Below are positions 54,730 through 63,792 of a DNA stretch of 64,000 nucleotides, piece after piece. Every line of letters begins with the position of its first letter. Position 1 is the first letter of the stretch. Both the position numbers and the translations under genes were made by a program. The notes below the pieces were generated by a model. It made no database searches and was not told the DNA's origin. It saw only the letters and a program-made list of their open reading frames with translations. The DNA comes from an uncultured bacterium. Lineage in GTDB: Bacteria > Patescibacteriota > JAHJAL01. The stretch spans positions 3,330-67,329 of the forward strand of contig CALKWM010000009.1 of the NCBI GenBank assembly GCA_938004065.1, read 5' to 3'.

Positions 54730-55041
54730 TTACATGGTTACGATGATATATCCGATTTTAAATATGATCACCACCGGCAATACCAGCCACAATAACATCA
54801 AAACCGCCAGGATTATCAATAATATTAATTGGGTAAATAGTCCCAGGAGTATGCGGCCGGTGCGGATCAAAAAACCGATGGCGCGGCCTTGATAGGTGTA
54901 GTCCTGATACAGTGGTTCCCCGATGTGTTTGATCATCATCGGAATATCGAAAGTGCCCGATATGAGTTGAAAGATATCGTTAAAAGCCGCGTATATCTGT
55001 CGCGTTTGGAACATATAGTACCATTTGAAAAATGTGATCAT
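54730..55041 (-). CDS. Small membrane protein upstream of the Clp ATPase
   Basis: 'FFKWYY...F.IP.M.K....PLYQDY...GR.IGFLIR..R', then a long hydrophobic hairpin. Confidence 0.8.
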   Translation of the reverse strand: MITFFKWYYMFQTRQIYAAFNDIFQLISGTFDIPMMIKHIGEPLYQDYTYQGRAIGFLIRTGRILLGLFTQLILLIILAVLMLLWLVLPVVIIFKIGYIIVTM

Positions 55042-55048
55042 GGTTTAA

Positions 55049-58000
55049 TTATAAATTATTTTCGGGGAATTTGGCTAAGATTTGTTGTTTGTTGTTGATG
55101 AGGTAGTCGCGACGCTTTCTTAATATTTCTTGTAATAATTTGCGATCATCAAATTCAAGTTTTACGGTATAAGTTAATCTCTCAATATCATCGTCTGATA
55201 AATTTTGCTCAATATTATTTATTTGTCTAGCAATATCTGATTGTGTTAGACCAGGATATTTTCCATTTTTTCTTAAAGAGTCAATTTCCACTACTTTGTC
55301 TTCCCAAAGAATATATTGATCTTCTTTATCAAATGCAGGATTAAAATCTCTGGATAATTTTTTACGATCACCTCTGGATCTGAATAACATAGATCCCCCA
55401 TTATCAATGCGGTATGCTTTACCATCGGTAGCGACATATTGATTAAGTGGAGCGTCCCAATTGGCCAGTAAACAATCGGCGATAAAACCATCATTGAATA
55501 TTTTTTCGTCATAACCGCTATGTTTTCTTTCTTTCCATTCGCTGGCTCGGGCGAGTTTGGTTTCTCCGTTCTCTGCTTGAAAATTTATTATTTCAGTTTC
55601 GGGAACATCAACACCTAACTTACGATAAATATTGTCTGCCAATTGTTCATGCCATAATCTATTATTTTGCTCGGCAACTTTTTTGTCGTATTCTTCCTGC
55701 GATTCGTTAATTCTCCTATTTGGCTTGAGCATAAATTTAAGATAGTATTCTTTGTCGTACAGAACTTCATTTATTTTGAATTTACCACCATCGGTATTTC
55801 CACCCAGATTACCAGTAATTCTTTCGTAGTTTTTGAAGGTGGAAATAGATATGTTGTTATTGATAGCTTGTGAGTAGTTTTTTTCAAGTTGAATTTCATT
55901 CTCTGGTATTTTATAACCAGAAAAATCACCAAAACCAGCTAGAAAATTGTAATCGATACCGGTAGTAGGTGATTTTACACGGATAACTTCTTTGTTTAAT
56001 GATTCCATCAATATTTTAGTGTCTTTAAATTTTGCATTATCAATATTGTTCTTTTTCCTAAATAAATCTAAACCATCATTAAAATTAATGTTTATTGCTC
56101 TTGTATTTTGAGGAACATCAAAATAAAATACTCCTCTGGGCTGTTTTTCCTTGGGTAACTCATTGATTAAATTATTGAAATATTCCTCACTAGTAATCAA
56201 ATCATTCCTGGATTGATCTTCGGCAATAACAAATATTCTTTTTTCAATTGGTATTTCATCACCGTTATCATCAAATATCAATTCTTCCATTTTCAAATTT
56301 TTAGGAGCCATGAAAACAGTATCTTCAAATGTTATTTTGTGTTCATCCAATATGTCATTTGTACCAGGTTCTACTAATTCGTTATTTTTACCGCGAATAC
56401 CTACATCATTAGCCGAAAATGTAATACTATTATTAATATCAAAAATATGTCCGCCAATCAGTCTTCCTTTCATGAGATGTGTCACTGGATGAGTGATAAA
56501 AGCACCAGGACATTTCATATTCCAGTCTTTCAATAAATGCTCAACGCCTCCATCAAAATATGCACCGTTGTAAGAATTATGGACGGCTGCTGAAGGGTGT
56601 TGAAATCTTCGCACTCCTTCATGATAACCATCTCTAAGATTTAGTGCTCTGGTAGATGCTTGATATCCATCTTTTAAAACATATGCACTGCCTGATGTAA
56701 TATGACATAACATACCACCGTGATTAAACAAAGAATTGAATTCGGTTATATTTTCTGGTTTAGAAAACTGTGATAATATATTTTTTACTTCTCTTAAGGT
56801 ATATTTTGATTCTCTGAAACTAAATATTTTTTCTATTCCTTTTTGGCCAATAATTTTTTCAATGATCTTAAATTTTGCTGTATTTTTATATATTTGAAAG
56901 TTATTAAAATATTCATATGACACTTCTTGTTCAGAACCTATGCTTGATATCAAATTGTCTATTATACTTCTATCAATTCTTGTCATATCTTTACCTGAAA
57001 TTAAATTCCTTAATTTATTTAATATTTTTTCTTTATTTCCTGCAAATTTCCCTTCAGAATTTATAGTTTCTTTAATGTATACATTGGTTGCATAATCAAC
57101 CATCTTCTTTTCAATAATATTTTCACCACTAAGTATTTTTGAGGTCAGACCGTATTTTTTTTTGTTTACTCTTGCGTAATTAAACAATTCTGTAGCCATT
57201 TGACCAAATATCATCTTTATTACTTTTTCATTATCCTCTTTGACTAATGCTGAATTGTCTGTGTTTTTATTGTTGAATTCAATATTCAAATCATCATGCA
57301 ATTTAAATTGACTATCTAATTCGAGGTTATAAATATTGCTAAAGGTTCTTTTAAAAGCATCCAAACTTTCTTTGTTTTTAATAACCTGATCTAAAATGTT
57401 GCTTATTTCACTATTGATATCAAAATAGCTTTTACTTTCAACACGCTCCAGACCTGATAATTGAGCACCGATACTTTTAAATTTCAAAAAATCTTCTCGA
57501 CTATATAGCCTGTCTTTATTATTTATAATTAATTTCTTATATTCATTTAACGCACTAATTTCATCGACAAACTTTCCTTTGTCCGGTTGGTGTTTGTAAT
57601 TTTTGATCAATTCATCGATGACATATTGCTCCAATTCGACTTTTTCGCGGGGGATAATGTTGTCCTCGCCCTCTTGGTAAATAATTTTGTTGAGGACAGT
57701 TTCTTTCAGTTGTGTGATTTGATCAGACAAGATAAATACTTTATCCCGCTCGGCTTCTAAATTTTTTTGTTCAATTAATTTTTGGATTTCTTCAATTTGG
57801 GGTTTTAGTGTTTCGATCTGATTGTAATGGGGTCGCTGGGTTTCAACCACCGCAGTCAAATCTGATGAATCTCCGAGATATTTACCAATCAGATTTTTGT
57901 AGGCAAATTTGAAATCAATTTTTTTGTTTTGTTTGATGTTTTCCCAGACATCTTTGATATTTTCTATGTAAGGTTGAGCATCTTTATCAAATTGCTTATT

Positions 58001-59158
58001 TAAATTTTGTTTAGCAATTACCATTCCCGCTTCGGCTTCGGCAAGCTGTTGTTCCGTCTCCATTTGTTTTTTCTCCAGATCTTGGATTTCTTGTTTCCTT
58101 TGCGTCAATCTCTGTTCCACCTCAGCTCTCTTGGCCGGATTTGAAGGTTGGGATAAGTTTAATTTTTGATTGAATCCGATATCCGATTCGGAAATTTTGA
58201 TGATATTGTCAATTTTTTCTTTGATTTCCGGTTTGGCAAATTCTTGTTTGATTTGTGGAAATCTTTTTTCAACAACTCGATAATTTAATTCACGAGTTTC
58301 AATGTTGGGAGATTTTTCGTATATTCTTTGCAAACTATCTAACTTTTCCCGCTGGGCCATTTTTTTCTGGTGTTCTTGAAAAATTTCTTTGACCAAACCA
58401 AGATATTGTTGGCGATCTTTGATAATTCCTTCTTTATATGCACCGCGAATTTTATTGATATCTTCAGTCAAAAAATTTCGATGATCGTCGAATAGATACT
58501 TTTCTTCAAAATTTCTAATCTTAGTATCTTTTTCTAGGTCGATTATGCCGGCATCATGCATATCAATCAAATTCAAACCTTTGGGTGTGAGGATAGGTTG
58601 AGCTGTGCCGTTTTTATTGAAGTGTTCCAATGATTCTTTGCGAAAATATTTGTCACCTTTATCACCAATTAATTTTTGCAGTTCAAAATAACGATCGATC
58701 AGTTTAATTTTCAGATTCCTACGACTTTCAAATACTTTTTCCGATTCCTCACTAAACAGAATTTCACCTGTCTTGTTTTCATAATCAGCTTCTTTGGATA
58801 AATGATACGACATTTGTTCATAGTCATCATACGCTCCTTCCAGCAAGGCATCTCGATTGTATTCGATCATCCAAATTGCATGGTGGATTTTGTCGTAATC
58901 AGCTCCTTTGCCCATTTCTTCATTTTTTCTGCCGAGATAGTTATTAACGAGCTTTTGATCAATAAATCCATACTTTTCAGCGTCGAATAACTTTTCATAT
59001 GCACTGAAGTTAACATAATCAGCGGCTTTGTTGTCAGCATTTTTGAACTGATTAATGTGTTTTGTGATATCTGATTTATAGATATCATAATCCTCCAAAA
59101 CTTCTTGAGTTCTAATTTGTTCTGATGATCTGGTTGTTTTTAGGCTAGAAATTGACAT
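55049..59158 (-). CDS. 1369-aa multidomain protein: coiled coil, possible ART-like domain, C-terminal HipA/PI3K-like kinase fold
   Basis: Long uninterrupted ORF; C-terminal LGGNTDGG, YYLKF, HEQLA..IY..LG..VPET, D.LLANWD, RIDNGG. Confidence 0.7.
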   Translation of the reverse strand: MSISSLKTTRSSEQIRTQEVLEDYDIYKSDITKHINQFKNADNKAADYVNFSAYEKLFDAEKYGFIDQKLVNNYLGRKNEEMGKGADYDKIHHAIWMIEYNRDALLEGAYDDYEQMSYHLSKEADYENKTGEILFSEESEKVFESRRNLKIKLIDRYFELQKLIGDKGDKYFRKESLEHFNKNGTAQPILTPKGLNLIDMHDAGIIDLEKDTKIRNFEEKYLFDDHRNFLTEDINKIRGAYKEGIIKDRQQYLGLVKEIFQEHQKKMAQREKLDSLQRIYEKSPNIETRELNYRVVEKRFPQIKQEFAKPEIKEKIDNIIKISESDIGFNQKLNLSQPSNPAKRAEVEQRLTQRKQEIQDLEKKQMETEQQLAEAEAGMVIAKQNLNKQFDKDAQPYIENIKDVWENIKQNKKIDFKFAYKNLIGKYLGDSSDLTAVVETQRPHYNQIETLKPQIEEIQKLIEQKNLEAERDKVFILSDQITQLKETVLNKIIYQEGEDNIIPREKVELEQYVIDELIKNYKHQPDKGKFVDEISALNEYKKLIINNKDRLYSREDFLKFKSIGAQLSGLERVESKSYFDINSEISNILDQVIKNKESLDAFKRTFSNIYNLELDSQFKLHDDLNIEFNNKNTDNSALVKEDNEKVIKMIFGQMATELFNYARVNKKKYGLTSKILSGENIIEKKMVDYATNVYIKETINSEGKFAGNKEKILNKLRNLISGKDMTRIDRSIIDNLISSIGSEQEVSYEYFNNFQIYKNTAKFKIIEKIIGQKGIEKIFSFRESKYTLREVKNILSQFSKPENITEFNSLFNHGGMLCHITSGSAYVLKDGYQASTRALNLRDGYHEGVRRFQHPSAAVHNSYNGAYFDGGVEHLLKDWNMKCPGAFITHPVTHLMKGRLIGGHIFDINNSITFSANDVGIRGKNNELVEPGTNDILDEHKITFEDTVFMAPKNLKMEELIFDDNGDEIPIEKRIFVIAEDQSRNDLITSEEYFNNLINELPKEKQPRGVFYFDVPQNTRAININFNDGLDLFRKKNNIDNAKFKDTKILMESLNKEVIRVKSPTTGIDYNFLAGFGDFSGYKIPENEIQLEKNYSQAINNNISISTFKNYERITGNLGGNTDGGKFKINEVLYDKEYYLKFMLKPNRRINESQEEYDKKVAEQNNRLWHEQLADNIYRKLGVDVPETEIINFQAENGETKLARASEWKERKHSGYDEKIFNDGFIADCLLANWDAPLNQYVATDGKAYRIDNGGSMLFRSRGDRKKLSRDFNPAFDKEDQYILWEDKVVEIDSLRKNGKYPGLTQSDIARQINNIEQNLSDDDIERLTYTVKLEFDDRKLLQEILRKRRDYLINNKQQILAKFPENNL

Positions 59159-59235
59159 TTTGGTATTTGTATTTAAATCTCATTATTGTACCAAAATTTT
59201 GATTATTTAGCAAGGTTTTTATGGGATATATAACC

Positions 59236-59342
59236 GTAGGGGCAATTCATGAATTGCCCCTACAAAAACACAATAATGGACAAAACGATAGGTTAAGTCC
59301 CTACGGAAATACAAAATTGGACAAGCCGAGGCATGTCCCTAC
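59236..59342. repeat. Cluster of three REPs after trxB
   Basis: Perfect 28-bp palindrome GTAGGGGCAATTCATGAATTGCCCCTAC, then two GGAC..GTCC-CTAC units. Confidence 0.88.
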
Positions 59343-59346
59343 GAAT

Positions 59347-60267
59347 TTAATCCTGATTCTCCAGCCAACGGAGGCAATCGATAGCGGCTTTGCATCCTTC
59401 TCCCGCGGCCACCACCGCCTGCCGGTAAATCTTGTCCGAGATATCACCGGCGATAAAAACGCCTTCGATGCTAGTCATGGTGTTGATACAGCCCGTGCGA
59501 TCAATGTATCCTTCGGCATCAGTTTTGATCTGATCGCCATAAACAGCCGTGGTGGGCACATGACCGATGGCAAAAAACAATCCATCGGCTGGAATTTCTT
59601 GGATAGCATTGGAATTGTTATTGATAACCTTGACTCCCGACAATTTTTCCGTTCCGATGTACTCTACAACTTCACTATTGTACCAAATCTCAATTTTGGG
59701 ATTGTTTTGAGCGCGTTCGAGCATGATGGCGCTGGCTCTGGCTTTGTCGGAACGAATCATGATTTTGACATTGTCGGCAAATTTGGTTAAAAAACTGGCT
59801 TCTTCCATAGCGCTATCACCACCACCAACGATAATCACATTTTTGCCTTTGAAAAAAGCGGCGTCACAGGTGGCACAAACGGACAATCCACGGCCGATGA
59901 ATTCTTTTTCCCGATCGAGTTTGAGAGTGCGGGGCTTGGTGCCGGAAGAGATGATAACCGCCTTGGTTTCATGCCATTGATCATTGATTTTTACTCGCTT
60001 GGGCGTGGATTTAAAATCAACTTCCTGGACATCGTTAAGCATAAATTTGGCGCCAAATTTTTCGGCTTGTTTTTTCATATCTCCCATCAAGGTTGGACCT
60101 AAAACGGCATTGGGAAAGCCGGGGAAATTTTCCACTTCGGTAGTCCACATAAGCAATCCCCCCCATTGAATACCGGCAGCTACCAGAGGTTTTAAGTCGG
60201 CGCGAGCGGTGTAGATGGCAGCGGTCATGCCGGCGGGACCGGAACCGATGATGATGACGTTTTCCAT
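59347..60267 (-). CDS. trxB: Thioredoxin-disulfide reductase
   Basis: IIGSGPAG, ENFPGF, CATCD, GGGDSAMEEA, AGD...YRQA..AAG.GC.AA. Confidence 0.97.
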   Translation of the reverse strand: MENVIIIGSGPAGMTAAIYTARADLKPLVAAGIQWGGLLMWTTEVENFPGFPNAVLGPTLMGDMKKQAEKFGAKFMLNDVQEVDFKSTPKRVKINDQWHETKAVIISSGTKPRTLKLDREKEFIGRGLSVCATCDAAFFKGKNVIIVGGGDSAMEEASFLTKFADNVKIMIRSDKARASAIMLERAQNNPKIEIWYNSEVVEYIGTEKLSGVKVINNNSNAIQEIPADGLFFAIGHVPTTAVYGDQIKTDAEGYIDRTGCINTMTSIEGVFIAGDISDKIYRQAVVAAGEGCKAAIDCLRWLENQD

Positions 60268-60456
60268 GTATTTTTAAATTTAGAAAATAAAAATAATTTG
60301 CTTGTTAATTATATCTAAAAAATGTCATTTAAAAAAATATCTCCGATAAATGAGATATCCTGTGTTTAAGTGGATTAAAAAAAAGTAAATAAAGAGTAAA
60401 GTGGACACAGATAATTAAATGCTTGAGTAACTCGCTAATTACCCTTACTTATCATG

Positions 60457-61539
60457 TTAATTGCTTATTTCGCATTCCGAATCAATTTGTCCGAGATAAT
60501 TTTCGATTCCGCTGTTTAGGTCGGTCAAATAAACATCAATGGCGTGACCAAAATCAAATATACTGCGATTGATACTGATTCCAAATTTATGGTTTGTGTC
60601 GGTATAAGCATTACCCAAAGCAAATTTTTGACGGTTGTTTTCATCCGTCAGATAAAAAGTTGCTTTGACCGGTGCCGATAAATTGTCCGGATCGCTAGCA
60701 TGACCGTTGATATTGATAATCGGTCGATAGCCGGCGTCGAAATTGCATTCCACTTTGTCTATCGAACCGCCTACATTGTCCGATGAGTGTAAATAGTTAA
60801 CCTCGACTCCGCCTTTGAATTTTTCGTTGCCAACCGAAAAGCCGATTTCGGCTTTGGTGGTTTTTTGGTCGTAAATATCATAGACTACTTGTAGCTCGAT
60901 GATACCGTGATGGTTAGTGTAGTAACCTTTGATATCTTGAGTTCGGGTTGAATCATCGAAAAAATAATCGGTGATATTGACAATCACCGGCTCGTTTACT
61001 ATCGGTTCACCAAATTGGTCGATAAGTTTGATTTCCAACACGGCAAAATCCCGGCCATCGGTCTTGATTTCATTTTTGCTGATGGAAATGGCTGATCGCC
61101 CTTGAGAAAATTTAGATAGGCCGTTATCACTACAACTGATCGATTTTTCATCCAAGGTAATAAATTCTCCCGTCTGTTGATCAAAAGCCTGCAGAGTAAT
61201 AGTGCCGTTGGTAGTATAACTGGCGATATTTTTGTCGGTAAAATTGGCCGGATTGGCTAGATAGCTGTTATTGACCGAACGGCCGTCTTTTATAAAACGT
61301 AGTCGAATTTTACCGATACCATGATCGGGGTTCGTGGCTGATCCGGTGGCGTAAATTTGTTTGCCGGATATTCCATCATGTCGGCAATACAGTTGGTCAA
61401 TTTGACCGCTGAGATGCGATTTGTCCGAATTGGTTGAATACGCCAAAGCAGAGACTAAAAATACCATAATCAACATTGGTACAAATATTACCTCTTCAAA
61501 TACATCAAAAATTGCTTTGGCTTTGGTTTTGTTTTTCAT
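60457..61539 (-). CDS. Membrane-anchored Ig-domain surface protein
   Basis: N-terminal TM; invasin-type Ig ('IKTDGRDFA.LEIKLIDQFGEPI.N') between two related domains (GQIDQLYC..G.A.NPD / GSIDKVEC..G.A.DPD). Confidence 0.7.
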   Translation of the reverse strand: MKNKTKAKAIFDVFEEVIFVPMLIMVFLVSALAYSTNSDKSHLSGQIDQLYCRHDGISGKQIYATGSATNPDHGIGKIRLRFIKDGRSVNNSYLANPANFTDKNIASYTTNGTITLQAFDQQTGEFITLDEKSISCSDNGLSKFSQGRSAISISKNEIKTDGRDFAVLEIKLIDQFGEPIVNEPVIVNITDYFFDDSTRTQDIKGYYTNHHGIIELQVVYDIYDQKTTKAEIGFSVGNEKFKGGVEVNYLHSSDNVGGSIDKVECNFDAGYRPIININGHASDPDNLSAPVKATFYLTDENNRQKFALGNAYTDTNHKFGISINRSIFDFGHAIDVYLTDLNSGIENYLGQIDSECEISN

Positions 61540-61594
61540 TTTTATTTTTCATGTCATTGTACCTTATTTTGATGAATTTTTCAAGGGCAAAAAA

Positions 61595-61736
61595 GGACGA
61601 GTGCCCGCCTCATCGGCGGGCGGGCAAGGGTTGAGAAAAACACTAAAGCGGACACATGGGTCCGCTAAAAATCACAAGGGGCGACCGCAAGGGTCGCTAT
61701 AAAAGGCAAGGGGCGGACACATGGGTCCGCCCGTAC
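61595..61736. repeat. Cluster of four REP-like palindromes, one with a nested CCGCC..GGCGG hairpin
   Basis: GCCCGCC-TCATC-GGCGGGC; GCGGACACATGGGTCCGC twice (last ends GTAC); GCGACCGCAAGGGTCGC. Confidence 0.85.
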
Positions 61737-61757
61737 GTATTAAAAAAAGTGATTTTT

Positions 61758-63578
61758 TTACAATCCGGCGATTTTTTCCATGGCCGATTGGATGGCCGGA
61801 CTGGCGGAGAGAATTTGATTAAAGATTTCCTCCAGATCATCCAGAGTCAGATACTCATCCGGTTCGGTGAAATAAAAACGCTCACCATAATTATCTAGAT
61901 ATATCTCAAATTCACCATTATCATTATACGGTTGGTCCTGCGTCATAGTAATTTTGTAAAGTAAATTGTCTTCTATACCCAGATAGATTTCTCCCTGATA
62001 GATATTTTCGATGATTACACAATTGATGTGTGCTTCACCAAGGGTATCTCCGCAATCATATGCCGGAGTTATATTGTTGTTATATAGAGGTGAGAGAGAG
62101 ATGGCTTTGGATAGTTGTGTTTCGTTGATAGTATAACTGTAATGATTGGTTTGATGTCCATTAATTATTTCCGTGCCAATAAACTCATTTACCACAATAG
62201 CTCCGGAATACTTGATAGCATTTTTGATTTTCTCTTCAGTTTGGGCATCAACCTGATTGTACTCATCATTGATCAGATATAGATTGTCCAAGTCATCGAT
62301 TGAGTCGGCCAGTTTCTGCCGAATTTCTTCCTGATCAAGTTTGATCCACTGGCCATCAATCTGATTTAGTTCGGTGTATCCGAGTTTTTCCAGGTCGGAG
62401 ATGTTGAGTTTGATATAGCTTAAACTGTCACCCAATTGGCGCATCTCCAGACCGAGAGTATAGTTTTCGGCAGAAATTTTGTCATTCATGGACAAATCAA
62501 AGGCCGAGTTGGCCACTGAATTGTCGGGATCAGTCGCGTCTATTTCCATATATCCGGAAAGAATCATATCCATTTCGTCGGAATTTATCTCATAATTTAT
62601 GCTAGCTGTCAGACTTTCTTGAAGAATCATCTTTGTCCAGCTATCGTAAACATCGTCTTGGATGGATTTATCGGCGATAATTTCGACTTCGCACACGATA
62701 TCCGGGTCATTGTATTTGTGGTCAAACCAGGTTTGGTTTTCGGCCACCAGCCACATATTTAAACTATATAACTCACCCACTTGAGCATCGGATGGAGCAT
62801 GAACGGAAAGTTCGAAATGGCCGATTTCTCCCGGATTGACAACGGATTCAATCAGCTTGGCCGGACGATTGGGGCTCAGCCAATTTGAACCAAATAGTGA
62901 ACTATTTAGATCGCCGTTCACGGCCAAATGTACCGGAAATTCACCATCTCGATACCAGGTAGTATTGCCGGTATTGGTAACTTCATAATCAAGCGTTTCT
63001 TCGGTGCCGGCTTCCATAAGCAGTTTTTTGTAGCTACCGCCGATATAATTTTCGATCTGGGCATCATAATTTGGATGGGAGTTGTCGATAGTTATGTCCC
63101 AGCAAAGACCTTTGTCTGCCATCCAGCTAATGCCTTCGATCAAAGGGGCAAAACATTCGGTATATTGACCGGGTGAGATGTAGTCAGGCGCAGTTATAAA
63201 AAATCCGAAATTAACTTGGTCGCCGAAACTGATCTGATCTTGATCGGCTACATGGACACGGTTGGGACTAAGCCAGTTGTTGTCGGTAAAAAATTGACTG
63301 GAGCGGTCTTGCGGGCGAGTTGTGCCCAGGCGTATCGGATTGGGAGTGTCACACCATCCGTTTCCACAGTACTGCTGATCGGTCCAATCAGCAAACCAGG
63401 TGGAGTTACTGTTGTTTTGCAAAGTGGTCCAAAGGATTGTTTGTTCACCGGGAGCGAGAATGGGATTGTCAGATTTGGCGACGATTTGATAGTCATCCGG
63501 TACAATTTGGGCATGAACCGGTAATAGTTGCGAACCCAGAAGAAAGACAATGGCAAAAAGCGGTAAGATTTTTTTCAT
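61758..63578 (-). CDS. Secreted protein: 2 NBR1-like Ig domains and LppX/LolA-like C-terminal domain
   Basis: Signal peptide; N-terminal domains collinear with the 45389 protein; C-terminal 'GTEIING..T.HY...GEIY.G....LLYKI...NYG....TEP'. Confidence 0.7.
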   Translation of the reverse strand: MKKILPLFAIVFLLGSQLLPVHAQIVPDDYQIVAKSDNPILAPGEQTILWTTLQNNSNSTWFADWTDQQYCGNGWCDTPNPIRLGTTRPQDRSSQFFTDNNWLSPNRVHVADQDQISFGDQVNFGFFITAPDYISPGQYTECFAPLIEGISWMADKGLCWDITIDNSHPNYDAQIENYIGGSYKKLLMEAGTEETLDYEVTNTGNTTWYRDGEFPVHLAVNGDLNSSLFGSNWLSPNRPAKLIESVVNPGEIGHFELSVHAPSDAQVGELYSLNMWLVAENQTWFDHKYNDPDIVCEVEIIADKSIQDDVYDSWTKMILQESLTASINYEINSDEMDMILSGYMEIDATDPDNSVANSAFDLSMNDKISAENYTLGLEMRQLGDSLSYIKLNISDLEKLGYTELNQIDGQWIKLDQEEIRQKLADSIDDLDNLYLINDEYNQVDAQTEEKIKNAIKYSGAIVVNEFIGTEIINGHQTNHYSYTINETQLSKAISLSPLYNNNITPAYDCGDTLGEAHINCVIIENIYQGEIYLGIEDNLLYKITMTQDQPYNDNGEFEIYLDNYGERFYFTEPDEYLTLDDLEEIFNQILSASPAIQSAMEKIAGL

Positions 63579-63734
63579 TTATTATTTTAAATATTAAGAT
63601 TTAATTGTACAAAATTTTGGTGAGTATGGCTAAATATTAATAAAATTAATCTCAGCTTAAAATAAATTTAATTTGCATATTGATAAAGTTTGAATTAGAA
63701 TAAATGTAAGTTAAAATTTTTGTTTATTATTTAT

Positions 63735-63780
63735 TTATCTTCCTTTTGGCTATTGTCCAAAGGGTGGGCTCATAAGATAA
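63735..63780 (+). promoter_or_regulatory. Structured leader upstream of rpsF (candidate S6:S18 autoregulatory element)
   Basis: Nested stems TTATCTT/AAGATAA and CCTTTTGG/CCAAAGG directly before the GGAG SD. Confidence 0.35.
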
Positions 63781-63792
63781 TGGAGTTTTGTG

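Noticed and set aside
59221-59790. 189-aa plus-strand ORF
   Set aside because: Antisense shadow of trxB; its N-terminus (VGAIHELPLQ) is just the translated REP palindrome.
61595-61736. Possible CRISPR array (repeated GCGGACACATGGGTCCGC)
   Set aside because: Only two identical units interleaved with other palindromes, irregular spacing and no cas genes; it fits a REP cluster.
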